64,000 bases of DNA from a virus (IMGVR_UViG_3300033073_001248:21687-85686); one strand, 5' to 3'. Shown: positions 18,364 through 27,342, counted from the stretch's first letter. The notes: generated by a model from the letters alone, not told the origin. Translations and numbers: made by a program.

Positions 18364-18415
18364 TAACCCTTCAGTTTACTAGGGTATTGCAAATAATTCG
18401 CGTTTCTGTTATAAT
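18364..18415 (+). promoter_or_regulatory. Early sigma70 promoter with upstream TAACCC-N12-GGGTA inverted repeat
   Basis: TTGCAA (18387-92), 17 nt, TATAAT (18410-15) with extended TGn; ACCCT-N10-AGGGT abuts the -35 box. Confidence 0.75.
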
Positions 18416-18441
18416 TGCATTATTGCAAAAAAGGAAATTAT

Positions 18442-18663
18442 ATGACCCCAAAACAAATCGCTGTTCTTAACACTTTCAAAGTCCTTGCCATTGGCATTGG
18501 CGGTGGATTTTTTGTTGCTGTTTTGCTATCGTTTTTTACTCTTGAAGAAATTGGTCTTGGCCTTGCTATTATTTTGCTGATCAGCGCCATGAAACTTACC
18601 TACGAGATGGAATTGAGTAAAGCAGAAAGCCTGGCTAAGTTGAACGAAATTAGCAAAAAGTAA
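18442..18663 (+). CDS. Small two-TM membrane protein
   Basis: AAGGA RBS, ATG 18442, two hydrophobic segments. Confidence 0.7.
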   Translation: MTPKQIAVLNTFKVLAIGIGGGFFVAVLLSFFTLEEIGLGLAIILLISAMKLTYEMELSKAESLAKLNEISKK

Positions 18664-18739
18664 TACCTAGGTATTACATTTGGGCAATAACCCATCATTA
18701 AGAATGGGTATTGCTCAAAAATGGATAATTTGCTATAAT
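18661..18739 (+). promoter_or_regulatory. Early sigma70 promoter with palindrome TAATACCTAGGTATTA and TAACCC-N12-GGGTA
   Basis: Perfect 16-bp palindrome 18661-76; ACCCAT/ATGGGT; TTGCTC (18711-16), 17 nt, TATAAT (18734-39) with TGn. Confidence 0.75.
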
Positions 18740-18769
18740 AATGACATGATGAACACAAAAGGAGCTAGT

Positions 18770-19798
18770 ATGTCAGCAGTAATTCGTATCCGCAAGGGCA
18801 CTTACCGTAATCAAGAAATTAAAGGTCAAGTGTTTGAATTGGTTGAGCAGTATAAGCGAACCGCTACCGGTGGTTTCGTCACTGTTCGCAATGGCGACAA
18901 TTTCCCTGGCTTTCCCGACACCATTCGTGTTAAGGTCACGGGTGTTGATGCCTACGAATTTGTCAGCGGAGAAGATGCTGTGGAAACTGTGAAAGCCGCT
19001 CCTGTTGCAGCAGAGTCCGAGTCCGACCAAGACGCAATGACTCGTATCCGCGAGCGTTTTGAAATCCTTACCGAAATGACCAAAGCGGCGACCAGCGGTG
19101 ACATTCGTGCTATGATTGTGTCAGGTCCCCCGGGCGTTGGCAAAAGCTACGGTGTTGAAACTGAAGTTGAAAAAGCCTGTTTGTTTGACCAAATCGCTGG
19201 CAAACGCCTTCGTGCAGAAGTTGTCAAAGGTAGTGCAACGGCATTGGGCTTGTACTGCACTCTGTACAAATATTCCGATCCCAATTGTGTTCTTGTGTTT
19301 GACGACTGTGACAGCATTCTGCTGGACGATGTGGCACTGAACCTCTTGAAGGGTGCCTTGGATTCGGGCAAGAAGCGCAAGATCTCTTGGCTCAGTGACA
19401 GTTCTATGCTGCGCCGTGAAGGTGTGCCAGATCAGTTTAACTTTAACGGTAGTATTATCTTTATTACCAACTTGAAGTTTGACAAGATGAAGAGCCAAAA
19501 GTTGCGTGACCACTTGGATGCACTGCAAAGTCGTTGCCACTACTTGGACTTGACTCTGGACACTATGCGTGACAAGTTCCTTCGCATCAAGCAGATTGCA
19601 GGTGACGGTGAGCTGTTTCAGGACTATGACTTTGGTGACATTGGCCGTGATGAGATTCTTGACTTCATGTATGAAAACAAGAACAGCCTTCGTGAAATGA
19701 GTCTGCGTATGGCGCTGAAGATTGCGGATCTCCGCAAGAGCTTTCCCCTGCGTTGGCAAGCTATGGCTCGTACGACCTGTATGAAGCCTGCCGAATAA
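18770..19798 (+). CDS. P-loop NTPase (AAA+-like), early gene
   Basis: Walker A GPPGVGKS, Walker B VLVFDDCD, IIFITN, ALQSR. GGAG RBS before ATG 18770; GC-richer codon usage than its flanks. Confidence 0.8.
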   Translation: MSAVIRIRKGTYRNQEIKGQVFELVEQYKRTATGGFVTVRNGDNFPGFPDTIRVKVTGVDAYEFVSGEDAVETVKAAPVAAESESDQDAMTRIRERFEILTEMTKAATSGDIRAMIVSGPPGVGKSYGVETEVEKACLFDQIAGKRLRAEVVKGSATALGLYCTLYKYSDPNCVLVFDDCDSILLDDVALNLLKGALDSGKKRKISWLSDSSMLRREGVPDQFNFNGSIIFITNLKFDKMKSQKLRDHLDALQSRCHYLDLTLDTMRDKFLRIKQIAGDGELFQDYDFGDIGRDEILDFMYENKNSLREMSLRMALKIADLRKSFPLRWQAMARTTCMKPAE

Positions 19799-19867
19799 CC
19801 CCTGCCGTGTGCGTAACCGGCGTTCACACAAGTGTGATGTAAGCCCGGTTTCGATAAAGGAATAAAA

Positions 19868-20122
19868 ATGTCAAAAGAAATTCCAGACCACCGCGATCAA
19901 TTGGGTCAGGTTCTTAACCTAGGTGACTGTGTGGCCTATCCGCAGAGTAATAATTTGGTTATTGGTGTTGTTCGTAAACTCAACCCTAAGATGATTGGGG
20001 TTCTTAGGATTGGTAAAAACGGTTGGGGTGTTAAAGAACTAAACAAATATCCTGTAGACTGTGTTAAACTGGAAGGGCCCGAAGTTACTATGTTTCTTCT
20101 TAAACATTCAGGGGAAAAATAA
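19868..20122 (+). CDS. Hypothetical protein (small beta-barrel-like)
   Basis: AAGGA RBS; 84-aa ORF in early operon. Confidence 0.7.
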   Translation: MSKEIPDHRDQLGQVLNLGDCVAYPQSNNLVIGVVRKLNPKMIGVLRIGKNGWGVKELNKYPVDCVKLEGPEVTMFLLKHSGEK

Positions 20123-20490
20123 TGCCGTGTATGAGTTATGATACTAATTGGGCCAATCACAGTGTTTATAAAGACAGTCGTGAATTGAAATTGTTAAAAG
20201 AAGAAGCAGATAAGTTGGCTCGTATTGCTTGTCAAGCTCTTTATGAACTTGAAAAAGTTGATCCCCAATCTAATGTGCTATCTATTCCCAGTGAACTGAC
20301 GGTATGGTGGCGAGATCATAAAAAAGCAGATGCGGCCCGTGCAGCTGCTGAACTTAAGGAAAAGAATAAAAAGGCCGCACTGGCCAGGAAAAATGCTGAA
20401 CTGAAGCGTAAGCGTCAAGCAGCATTGGCAAAACTAACTGATGAAGAACAGGCTGTATTTGGTCTAAAGGTGCATCATGGACAAGCATGA
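20122..20490 (+). CDS. Hypothetical early protein (paralog of 20477..20788)
   Basis: Translationally coupled; shares ELxVWW and KLTxExxxVxGL. Confidence 0.7.
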   Translation: MPCMSYDTNWANHSVYKDSRELKLLKEEADKLARIACQALYELEKVDPQSNVLSIPSELTVWWRDHKKADAARAAAELKEKNKKAALARKNAELKRKRQAALAKLTDEEQAVFGLKVHHGQA

Positions 20491-20788
20491 TATTTTAGAA
20501 ATTATTGAAAAAGAAACTGCTAAACTAACTCCTGGCTATTGCAGGTACGCCAAATTGGCCATGTTGGAACTTGAGCGTAACGACATGACTTCATTTGTTT
20601 TGCTGCGTAATGAAGAACTGCGAGTGTGGTGGTCAGGGGAAATTGCCAGAATTGAAAAACGATATAATCGTGCGGCACAAGCTCGTCTTGAGTATGAAAT
20701 TAAATTGTCAGCATGGAATAAACTAACTCCCGAAGATCGAAAGGTCCTTGGACTTCGTCGACCCGTTGAACCCAAAGGAATGCAATGA
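20477..20788 (+). CDS. Hypothetical early protein (paralog of 20122..20490)
   Basis: ELRVWW...KLTPEDRKVLGL. Confidence 0.7.
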   Translation: MDKHDILEIIEKETAKLTPGYCRYAKLAMLELERNDMTSFVLLRNEELRVWWSGEIARIEKRYNRAAQARLEYEIKLSAWNKLTPEDRKVLGLRRPVEPKGMQ

Positions 20789-21180
20789 GCGGTTACAATA
20801 CTTACACTCGTTATCAACGCATTGAAGCACAAGCCAAGAGTTTGGGCTTTCGTTTAGGACGCCCCCCGCACCACTACAGTCCAAAAGATTACGGCGATAT
20901 GGTCACACTGTATCCCGATGATACTGCACTGCCCATTTACAGCCGCGATGCTGAAATTTGGACCAGCACATTTGATGGCATCGAACTGTTTTTGACCGGT
21001 TGGGCAAAGGCACAACAGTATGACGCTATGTTGCGTATGACTGATGACAAGCGCCGCAAGCAATACGAAGCTAAAGAAGTTGAGCGTCAACGAGTAGTTA
21101 AAGAGCGTGAAGAAAAGCGAAAGATGTTTGCTATTCTGGCAAACAAATCCGAAAAACAAGTTGAAAAATTGGTGAAATAA
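20785..21180 (+). CDS. Hypothetical early protein
   Basis: ATGA overlap with upstream gene; charged C-terminal helix. Confidence 0.7.
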   Translation: MSGYNTYTRYQRIEAQAKSLGFRLGRPPHHYSPKDYGDMVTLYPDDTALPIYSRDAEIWTSTFDGIELFLTGWAKAQQYDAMLRMTDDKRRKQYEAKEVERQRVVKEREEKRKMFAILANKSEKQVEKLVK

Positions 21181-21191
21181 TGGAGACATAT

Positions 21192-21302
21192 ATGTTTGAA
21201 ATTTGGGATGGTGATATGTTTTTGTTTACTGTGGCGTTCGAATCAGAGGCAGACCTGTATCGTGAACAGGGGTATACATTAAAGGAAATTGTCAATGCTT
21301 GA
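21192..21302 (+). CDS. Small hypothetical protein (36 aa, not in ORF track)
   Basis: GGAG RBS; MFEIWDGDMFLFTVAFESEADLYREQGYTLKEIVNA*. Confidence 0.55.
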   Translation: MFEIWDGDMFLFTVAFESEADLYREQGYTLKEIVNA

Positions 21303-21474
21303 GCAGATTGTTTTAGTTGCTGTCTTGACTTTGCCCAATAGTTCCGCTATAGTGCAAGAAGTACAGGGCAGATATCAAACCATGCAGGAATGTCAGCGAG
21401 GTCGAACCAAAGCACTCACAGTGCCGGATCGATATCGCAAAAGTCTTGTATGTTTGCCAGTAGACCCCGATTAA
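21295..21474 (+). CDS. Small hypothetical protein with N-terminal hydrophobic segment
   Basis: AAGGA RBS; MLEQIVLVAVLTL...; two Cys. Confidence 0.55.
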   Translation: MLEQIVLVAVLTLPNSSAIVQEVQGRYQTMQECQRGRTKALTVPDRYRKSLVCLPVDPD

Positions 21475-21486
21475 CAAGGAATAATT

Positions 21487-22503
21487 ATGCCTCGCAAGAA
21501 AAAAGAAGTTGTGGAATCTAATCCAGAACACGACAAACTGATTGAAACATTAAAATTTACTCCACGCACTTATAAGATCTTACTGTGGGGCTATGGTGGT
21601 GAAACAGTCATGGGCACTGTCAGTCGTGCTACCTATGACTACTTTAGGCAACACAGAATTAGTGTAAGTGACTATGCTTGGGATTACAGTGACGATGATA
21701 ATCCCCTGCCCGAAGTACCTGAAGAACTGCAACCATTCACTCCTGGATCATGGCATGACTGTGATGACATGGGACACTGTTGGGGAGTAGATCGCAGTGC
21801 TGGCACTATACAAGTTCAAGATGAAAACGACAATACAGTTTATGAAAAATCCTTAGACGATATCAGCGGTATGGGCGTTGACGAAGAAAATCCCGAACAG
21901 TCGGAACCTGAATGGACCTGCGGTGACGAAATTTGGATTGACAGTCAACCCGCAGGCACTGTAGTATTCATTGGCAACAGCAGTGAAAAAGGCACTTTCT
22001 TTGAAGGCGAAATTGAACTCAAATCACCATTCAATCCAGGCCTTATTACACTGACCTACGACGAAATTGACGGTAATGAAATCATCACTAGCGTTCAATA
22101 CGACGGTGAAGACATTGACAACTTTGGTGGCGACACTTCGGGCAAGAGTTCAGACTTTGGCTTTTATATTGCCGGCAGTCAAAAGGCCACAGGCAAGTGG
22201 GAACGATATAAAGACATGGATGATATCAACTATGGCCTAACTGAATGGTTCCCTGTTAAAGTAAATCCCGTTCGTGAGGGACAGTACAATATTAAAACCA
22301 AAGATGGTTACGAATATCGTGCAGCATGGACCGGAGAACGGTGGCGCCAGACTTGGAATGAAGATAAACTTAAAGTAACCGAGTGGCAAGGCATTGCTTA
22401 CGATCCTGACGAGCATTTCTTGCGTGAAGAACTGGATCGACTTTATTTGGAATATCAAAGCCAGTCAGTCGACGATAACCAACCTGTAGAATTTAAAAAC
22501 TAA
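21487..22503 (+). CDS. Acidic hypothetical protein
   Basis: AAGGA RBS; 338 aa, D/E-rich. Confidence 0.75.
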   Translation: MPRKKKEVVESNPEHDKLIETLKFTPRTYKILLWGYGGETVMGTVSRATYDYFRQHRISVSDYAWDYSDDDNPLPEVPEELQPFTPGSWHDCDDMGHCWGVDRSAGTIQVQDENDNTVYEKSLDDISGMGVDEENPEQSEPEWTCGDEIWIDSQPAGTVVFIGNSSEKGTFFEGEIELKSPFNPGLITLTYDEIDGNEIITSVQYDGEDIDNFGGDTSGKSSDFGFYIAGSQKATGKWERYKDMDDINYGLTEWFPVKVNPVREGQYNIKTKDGYEYRAAWTGERWRQTWNEDKLKVTEWQGIAYDPDEHFLREELDRLYLEYQSQSVDDNQPVEFKN

Positions 22504-22511
22504 GGAGTACT

Positions 22512-22706
22512 ATGATGGCAAAAAAATTAAGCAAATTGGCAAAAGTAAATGAAAACATCAGCATCAATCGTTATGACAACGGTTGGATGGTTGAAGTTGG
22601 TGGTGTTGACGGCAACGGTGAATGGAAAACCGCTAAGATTCTTTGTAACACAGAAGATGAAATGCTGTATGTGGTCAAAGAATGGAACATGATGGAAATC
22701 AATTAA
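22512..22706 (+). CDS. Small hypothetical protein
   Basis: AAGGAG RBS; 64 aa. Confidence 0.7.
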   Translation: MMAKKLSKLAKVNENISINRYDNGWMVEVGGVDGNGEWKTAKILCNTEDEMLYVVKEWNMMEIN

Positions 22707-22718
22707 AAGGAATAGATC

Positions 22719-23246
22719 ATGGCAGTTTGGAAAATTTCAACACTGGAAAAAAAGTCCTGCGAAGAACGCGAAATTTGGATCAAGGACGGAGAACAAATTG
22801 TTCGCGTCAATGGATTTCGTTGGGGTACATTTACTGTAGAAACTACTGACGATAATCCTCCCGAAGGCATCACTGCTGACAATCCTGACGGTATTGACAT
22901 GTACAGTTATTCGGGAGAAAATGCTCCTGACGGTGCTGAACTGGACAGCATGGATGATGGTTGGTTGGGTGATTGGGAATTTCCTGATGACATGGACGAA
23001 GATGAACAGCAACGCATCATGGATGGCTATGATGAAGATGCATACGAGTTCATGGAAAACGAAGGCTGGTACAACGACGAAACTGAAGCATGGTTGTTTG
23101 GTCCTTTGGAAATTGTTCGCATCGATGAACCCACAGATACAGTAGTTGATCAACCAGAACCAGGCACTGCTCCACATAGGCCTACTGAAACGGCACCAGG
23201 TGTCGGCACCATTCTTGAGGGCCGAAAGAAACAATGGCCTTTTTAA
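22719..23246 (+). CDS. Highly acidic hypothetical protein
   Basis: AAGGA RBS; D/E-rich 175 aa. Confidence 0.75.
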   Translation: MAVWKISTLEKKSCEEREIWIKDGEQIVRVNGFRWGTFTVETTDDNPPEGITADNPDGIDMYSYSGENAPDGAELDSMDDGWLGDWEFPDDMDEDEQQRIMDGYDEDAYEFMENEGWYNDETEAWLFGPLEIVRIDEPTDTVVDQPEPGTAPHRPTETAPGVGTILEGRKKQWPF

Positions 23247-23313
23247 AGAATTTGCCCTAAAGGCAAATATCAGTTAACGCTCTAAAACTAGCTCCTGCGT
23301 TAATTGATCTTTT

Positions 23314-23339
23314 AGCCCTGCTTCGGCAGGGTTTTTTTT
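23314..23339 (+). terminator. Rho-independent terminator
   Basis: CCCTGC-TTCG-GCAGGG followed by a T8 run. Confidence 0.9.
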
Positions 23340-23366
23340 GACTTTGTTGTTTAAATCAAGTACAAT
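23338..23366 (+). promoter_or_regulatory. sigma70 promoter of helicase operon
   Basis: TTGACT, 17 nt, TACAAT; ATG lies 6 nt past the -10 box. Confidence 0.75.
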
Positions 23367-23372
23367 ACACAC

Positions 23373-24422
23373 ATGGTGAAATTTAATTACATTGAAGACT
23401 ATGTTGAGTTTATTGGTGGCTATCGTGACATCAATAATCGACAGTTAGGTCTTTTTGACACAGTTCCTGCACCCGTAAGTCTGGCAAGATATGACATTAA
23501 AATTGTGGACAGTCTTGCCAGTCAAACTGCTGAAAGAAATATCAGCTACACTGACAAACAAGCAGAACTGGCTAAAAAGATTGTGCTTAAATATCGTCGA
23601 CAACTCAGTCAATTGCCCACGCCTGTTGAAGTTCCTGAAAACATCAGCAGGTACAGAATGGCAATTAGGCAAGTTGATAGAAGCCGCAAAGCTTACATTG
23701 AAAACAACAAATTAATTCTAAAATTTCCCTATGACAGCGAACTGATCACAGCCGTTAAAAATCAAAGCAAACAAGGTGATGGCTCAGCAGTATTTGATGC
23801 AGAAGAAAAAATTTGGCAGTTTGGTATTACTGAAAGTGTTGTAAACTGGATCTGTGCTATAAGTGAAAATCACAATATTGAAGTTGATAAGTCTGTTACT
23901 GATTTATATATTAAAATCCTCGAGTGCGAACAAAAACCTTTTGCTATTGAACTTAGAGACACTGGTACGGGCTATGAAATTGTTAATGCTGCAGACAGTT
24001 TAAAAGAGTATATTGTTTCTTGCTTGGGGGGCTTTGGCTACGACAATATTGTGGCACTAATTGACAATGCAGAAGTATTAGGTTATACTGTGCCCAAAGA
24101 ACTGTTGCTGGATTTTTATAGTAAATTTAGAAGTGAGCTTACAGTAAGGCAACGGCTTTGTGTTAGCCGTAGGCAAAGATATTTTAGCAAAAATAAATTA
24201 GGTCTTGAAGAAATTGTGGAATATGCTAGGCGTACCAACAGACTACCGGTATATGTCTACGCTACAGGTTTACCAAAAACCAGCACCGAAGAAGTTAAAT
24301 ACTTAAGACAAGAAGGAGTTGATACTAAAATCAAATGCCTTGTCAGCGAAAGCAGATTGTTAGTGGGCACACGCAAACAAGCTTGGATCAAACAAGCTGA
24401 AAAAATCTTTTACATTGAATGA
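23373..24422 (+). CDS. Hypothetical protein with HARP-like segment, upstream of UvsW-like helicase
   Basis: LKFPYDSELITAVK...FDAEEKIWQF resembles the HARP motif; coupled to the helicase gene. Confidence 0.55.
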   Translation: MVKFNYIEDYVEFIGGYRDINNRQLGLFDTVPAPVSLARYDIKIVDSLASQTAERNISYTDKQAELAKKIVLKYRRQLSQLPTPVEVPENISRYRMAIRQVDRSRKAYIENNKLILKFPYDSELITAVKNQSKQGDGSAVFDAEEKIWQFGITESVVNWICAISENHNIEVDKSVTDLYIKILECEQKPFAIELRDTGTGYEIVNAADSLKEYIVSCLGGFGYDNIVALIDNAEVLGYTVPKELLLDFYSKFRSELTVRQRLCVSRRQRYFSKNKLGLEEIVEYARRTNRLPVYVYATGLPKTSTEEVKYLRQEGVDTKIKCLVSESRLLVGTRKQAWIKQAEKIFYIE

Positions 24423-25879
24423 CTACCTGTATAATTGAAATCAAAGATGAAGTAAACTGTAAACTTCACAATCTTGAATTAACTGACCGCAAGCGATTAG
24501 TTGAAAAGTTCAAGTACGAAATACCTGGCGCAAGATACTTACCCGCAGTTAGACTTGGACGATGGGATGGTAAAGTGCCCTATTTTAATCTCGGCGGCAC
24601 AACTTACATAAACTTACTGCCTGACATTATACCCTTTGTTGAAGAACGGGGCTATGATATTGACATACAGGACAGTCGTGAATACAGTACAACATTTGAA
24701 TTCGAACCTGTAACAGAAACTACTTTTGCTGACATCAAGTGGCCCAAGGGACATCCTGCTGAAGGCGAGCCTATTCTATTGCGTGACTATCAAGTAGAAA
24801 TCGTTAATAAGTTTTTAGAGAATCCGCAGTGCATTCAGGAAGTGGCCACAGGCGCAGGCAAAACTATTATGACAGCAGCATTATCTGCAAGTGTGCAGAA
24901 ATATGGTCGTAGTGTGGTAATTGTACCCAGCAAGAGTTTGGTCACACAGACAGAAGCAGACTATATCAACATGGGCTTAGATGTAGGTGTGCTGTTCGGT
25001 GATCGCAAAGAATACACACGCACACATACTATCTGTACTTGGCAAAGTCTTAACACACTATTAAAGAATACTAAAAATTACGAAGCAGATGTTACTATTC
25101 ATGAATTTGTAGAAAATGTAGTCTGCATCATGGTAGACGAAGCTCACAGTGCCAAAGCAGACGCACTAAAAAGCTTGTTGACTTCTGTATTTGCCACCAC
25201 ACCCATCCGTTGGGGACTAACGGGTACTATTCCCAAAGAAGACTATGCGTTTCAAGCACTAAACTGTTGTATCGGCCCAGTCATGGGCAGACTAAGTGCC
25301 AGCGAACTTCAAGAAGCAGGCCATCTCAGCAATTGTCATGTAAATATAGTTCAATTGGTAGACTATGTAGAGTACAAAGACTATCAACAAGAGCTTAGAT
25401 ACTTACTGGAAACTGAATCAAGAATTGACTATCTCAGTCAATTAATTAATAAAATATCTGAATCGGGCAATACATTGGTCTTAGTGGATCGTGTGGGTCC
25501 AGGCAAAGAATTAGCCAGTAAAATCAATAATGCTGTGTTTGTGTCGGGCGCGACCAAAGCAAAGGATCGAAAGGAAGAATACGATGAAGTGGCTGTTTCA
25601 GATGGGAAGGTTATTGTGGCGACTTATGGTGTGGCCGCTGTGGGTATTAATATTCCTAGGATCTTTAATTTGGTTCTTGTGGAGCCCGGAAAAAGCTTTG
25701 TCAGGGTTATACAGTCTATTGGGCGAGGTATTAGGAAAGCGCAAGACAAGGACCATGTTGAAATTTGGGACATCACCTCAACCTGCAAGTTCGCAAAACG
25801 ACACCTTACCAAGCGTAAAGCATTCTACAAAGAAGCCAACTACCCATTCAGTTTGGAAAAATTAGACTGGCAGGCTTGA
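24419..25879 (+). CDS. uvsW: UvsW-like superfamily 2 DNA helicase
   Basis: LRDYQ, ATGAGKT, VDEAH, GLTGT, ATYGVAAVGINIP, QSIGRGIR. Confidence 0.88.
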   Translation: MTTCIIEIKDEVNCKLHNLELTDRKRLVEKFKYEIPGARYLPAVRLGRWDGKVPYFNLGGTTYINLLPDIIPFVEERGYDIDIQDSREYSTTFEFEPVTETTFADIKWPKGHPAEGEPILLRDYQVEIVNKFLENPQCIQEVATGAGKTIMTAALSASVQKYGRSVVIVPSKSLVTQTEADYINMGLDVGVLFGDRKEYTRTHTICTWQSLNTLLKNTKNYEADVTIHEFVENVVCIMVDEAHSAKADALKSLLTSVFATTPIRWGLTGTIPKEDYAFQALNCCIGPVMGRLSASELQEAGHLSNCHVNIVQLVDYVEYKDYQQELRYLLETESRIDYLSQLINKISESGNTLVLVDRVGPGKELASKINNAVFVSGATKAKDRKEEYDEVAVSDGKVIVATYGVAAVGINIPRIFNLVLVEPGKSFVRVIQSIGRGIRKAQDKDHVEIWDITSTCKFAKRHLTKRKAFYKEANYPFSLEKLDWQA

Positions 25880-25903
25880 CAATTTTGTCAGTTAGTATAT
25901 ACT
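25876..25903 (+). promoter_or_regulatory. sigma70 promoter with inverted repeat over -35
   Basis: TTGACA (25876-81), 16 nt, TATACT; TGACAA-TT-TTGTCA inverted repeat. Confidence 0.6.
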
Positions 25904-25923
25904 AGCTGAAATTTATTTTACTT

Positions 25924-26430
25924 ATGAGATTATTAACACTAGAACATAACGCAGCCTACGAGCTTAACGAAATACCCGAAGAAGTAGATGATGTAAGATT
26001 TTGTGTCTTAGACAATAGTGACCCAAAAGACCCTGACTACTTTTTTATACCCTTAATATTTTTAGAATCATTTAACAGCCCGGCACTAGTGCTAAACATT
26101 GGGGGCAATGTTGTAAAGATGCCCATGGACTGGCAAATACTAATAGGTGAACCTGACTTGGGGGACTTAGAAGTAGTGCCCTTGACTAGTATTAATGATC
26201 GTGGGTTCAGTGCTTTTGCTTTTAATCCTCTTGCAAGTTTTAGACCTGAATTTTTTAAAATCGAAGTAATTGATATATACCAAGATATTAAGTGGTATTT
26301 CCCCAAACTTAAACCTGGACAAATGCTGGCAGTACCTTTAGAAACTAACAAAGAAAAACCCTTGTGTGTTTACTTTGTTAAAGATATCAGTAGGCAAAGT
26401 GAAATAGTTAACTATACTAAATGTTGGTAA
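25924..26430 (+). CDS. Hypothetical protein (beta-rich)
   Basis: 168-aa ORF downstream of promoter. Confidence 0.75.
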   Translation: MRLLTLEHNAAYELNEIPEEVDDVRFCVLDNSDPKDPDYFFIPLIFLESFNSPALVLNIGGNVVKMPMDWQILIGEPDLGDLEVVPLTSINDRGFSAFAFNPLASFRPEFFKIEVIDIYQDIKWYFPKLKPGQMLAVPLETNKEKPLCVYFVKDISRQSEIVNYTKCW

Positions 26431-26440
26431 AGGATAGATT

Positions 26441-26617
26441 ATGAAACTCGAACACGAATGGATTAGAGACCTGCACAAGTTAAGCATGATGTACAATGAG
26501 CAACGAGCACACAGAGATTTCCAAGCTGACGAAGTTTACAAGTTTGTGCAATGGGTCTATGAACAATATGGATACTTTTACAGTAAACCTGAGCTAACCA
26601 GTAAACATCACCAATGA
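26441..26617 (+). CDS. Small hypothetical protein (58 aa, not in ORF track)
   Basis: AAGGA RBS; MKLEHEWIRDLHKL...SKHHQ*; ATGA overlap with next gene. Confidence 0.65.
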   Translation: MKLEHEWIRDLHKLSMMYNEQRAHRDFQADEVYKFVQWVYEQYGYFYSKPELTSKHHQ

Positions 26618-27342
26618 CTAAAACTCTGGTAGTTTGTGGCTGTAGCTCAAGTTCTGCCAGTACTAGTCAACCTGGTTCAAGTTACACTGAATTATTGGCT
26701 GATAAATTACGCTGGGACCTTGTGCAATTAGCAAGACCTGGCATAAGCAATGGCGGTATAAGATTACAAATAGATGAATGCATAAAATTAAAACCAGATT
26801 TTGCTATCATTGCACCGACTTTTCATGATCGAATTGAAATACCAATAAACAAATTTAATAGTGCAGTTGGTTTAAAAAATATAAATTATACCAATGTAGG
26901 GTACAATTTATTAAGCGAATCTCTGTCAAGTTTAGCTGTAAACAAATTAAACCCCGAGAGATGTCAACTATTATCCTCGGCCAAAATCACCGCTGTAAAA
27001 TACTTTATTGATCAACTTTATGATAGTGATTGGAAACAACAGCTAGACACATGGATAATAAGAGATGGTATAACAGCACTATACCTTGCAGGAATTAATT
27101 TTATTGTTGTTCCTGACAATTTATGGTCAGTAGATTCTGTAAGACAAATAATACCTGATTTAATACCTGACCAGTTTTTGATTACTGATTCTAAAATGAC
27201 ACCGTCGCATGCAAGATTTTTACATCCTGTATTAGATCATGATCCTGGTTATCACAGTGACCCCGCAGGACAACAGTATCTCTCTGAAATATATTACGAC
27301 ATTATAATTAATTGGGAAAATTATGGGAAATCTAAAACCTAA
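26614..27342 (+). CDS. SGNH/GDSL-hydrolase-like protein
   Basis: VVCGCSS (block I), LARPGISNGGI (block II), DPGYH near the C-terminus (block V). Confidence 0.55.
   Translation: MTKTLVVCGCSSSSASTSQPGSSYTELLADKLRWDLVQLARPGISNGGIRLQIDECIKLKPDFAIIAPTFHDRIEIPINKFNSAVGLKNINYTNVGYNLLSESLSSLAVNKLNPERCQLLSSAKITAVKYFIDQLYDSDWKQQLDTWIIRDGITALYLAGINFIVVPDNLWSVDSVRQIIPDLIPDQFLITDSKMTPSHARFLHPVLDHDPGYHSDPAGQQYLSEIYYDIIINWENYGKSKT

Noticed and set aside
19121-19831. 236-aa minus-strand ORF and other nested ORFs over the ATPase gene
   Set aside because: Shadow ORFs from biased codon usage in the real + strand gene; no RBS or recognisable motifs.
23279-23288. GCTCTAAAAC, the reverse complement of the start of the type II-A CRISPR repeat/sgRNA (GTTTTAGAGC)
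   Set aside because: A single 10-mer is expected by chance in 64 kb of AT-rich DNA; no array or tracrRNA context.
25924-26430. Stand-alone Hint/intein-like domain next to UvsW
   Set aside because: Only a vague beta-rich impression; no N-terminal Cys/Ser or C-terminal His-Asn splice motifs.
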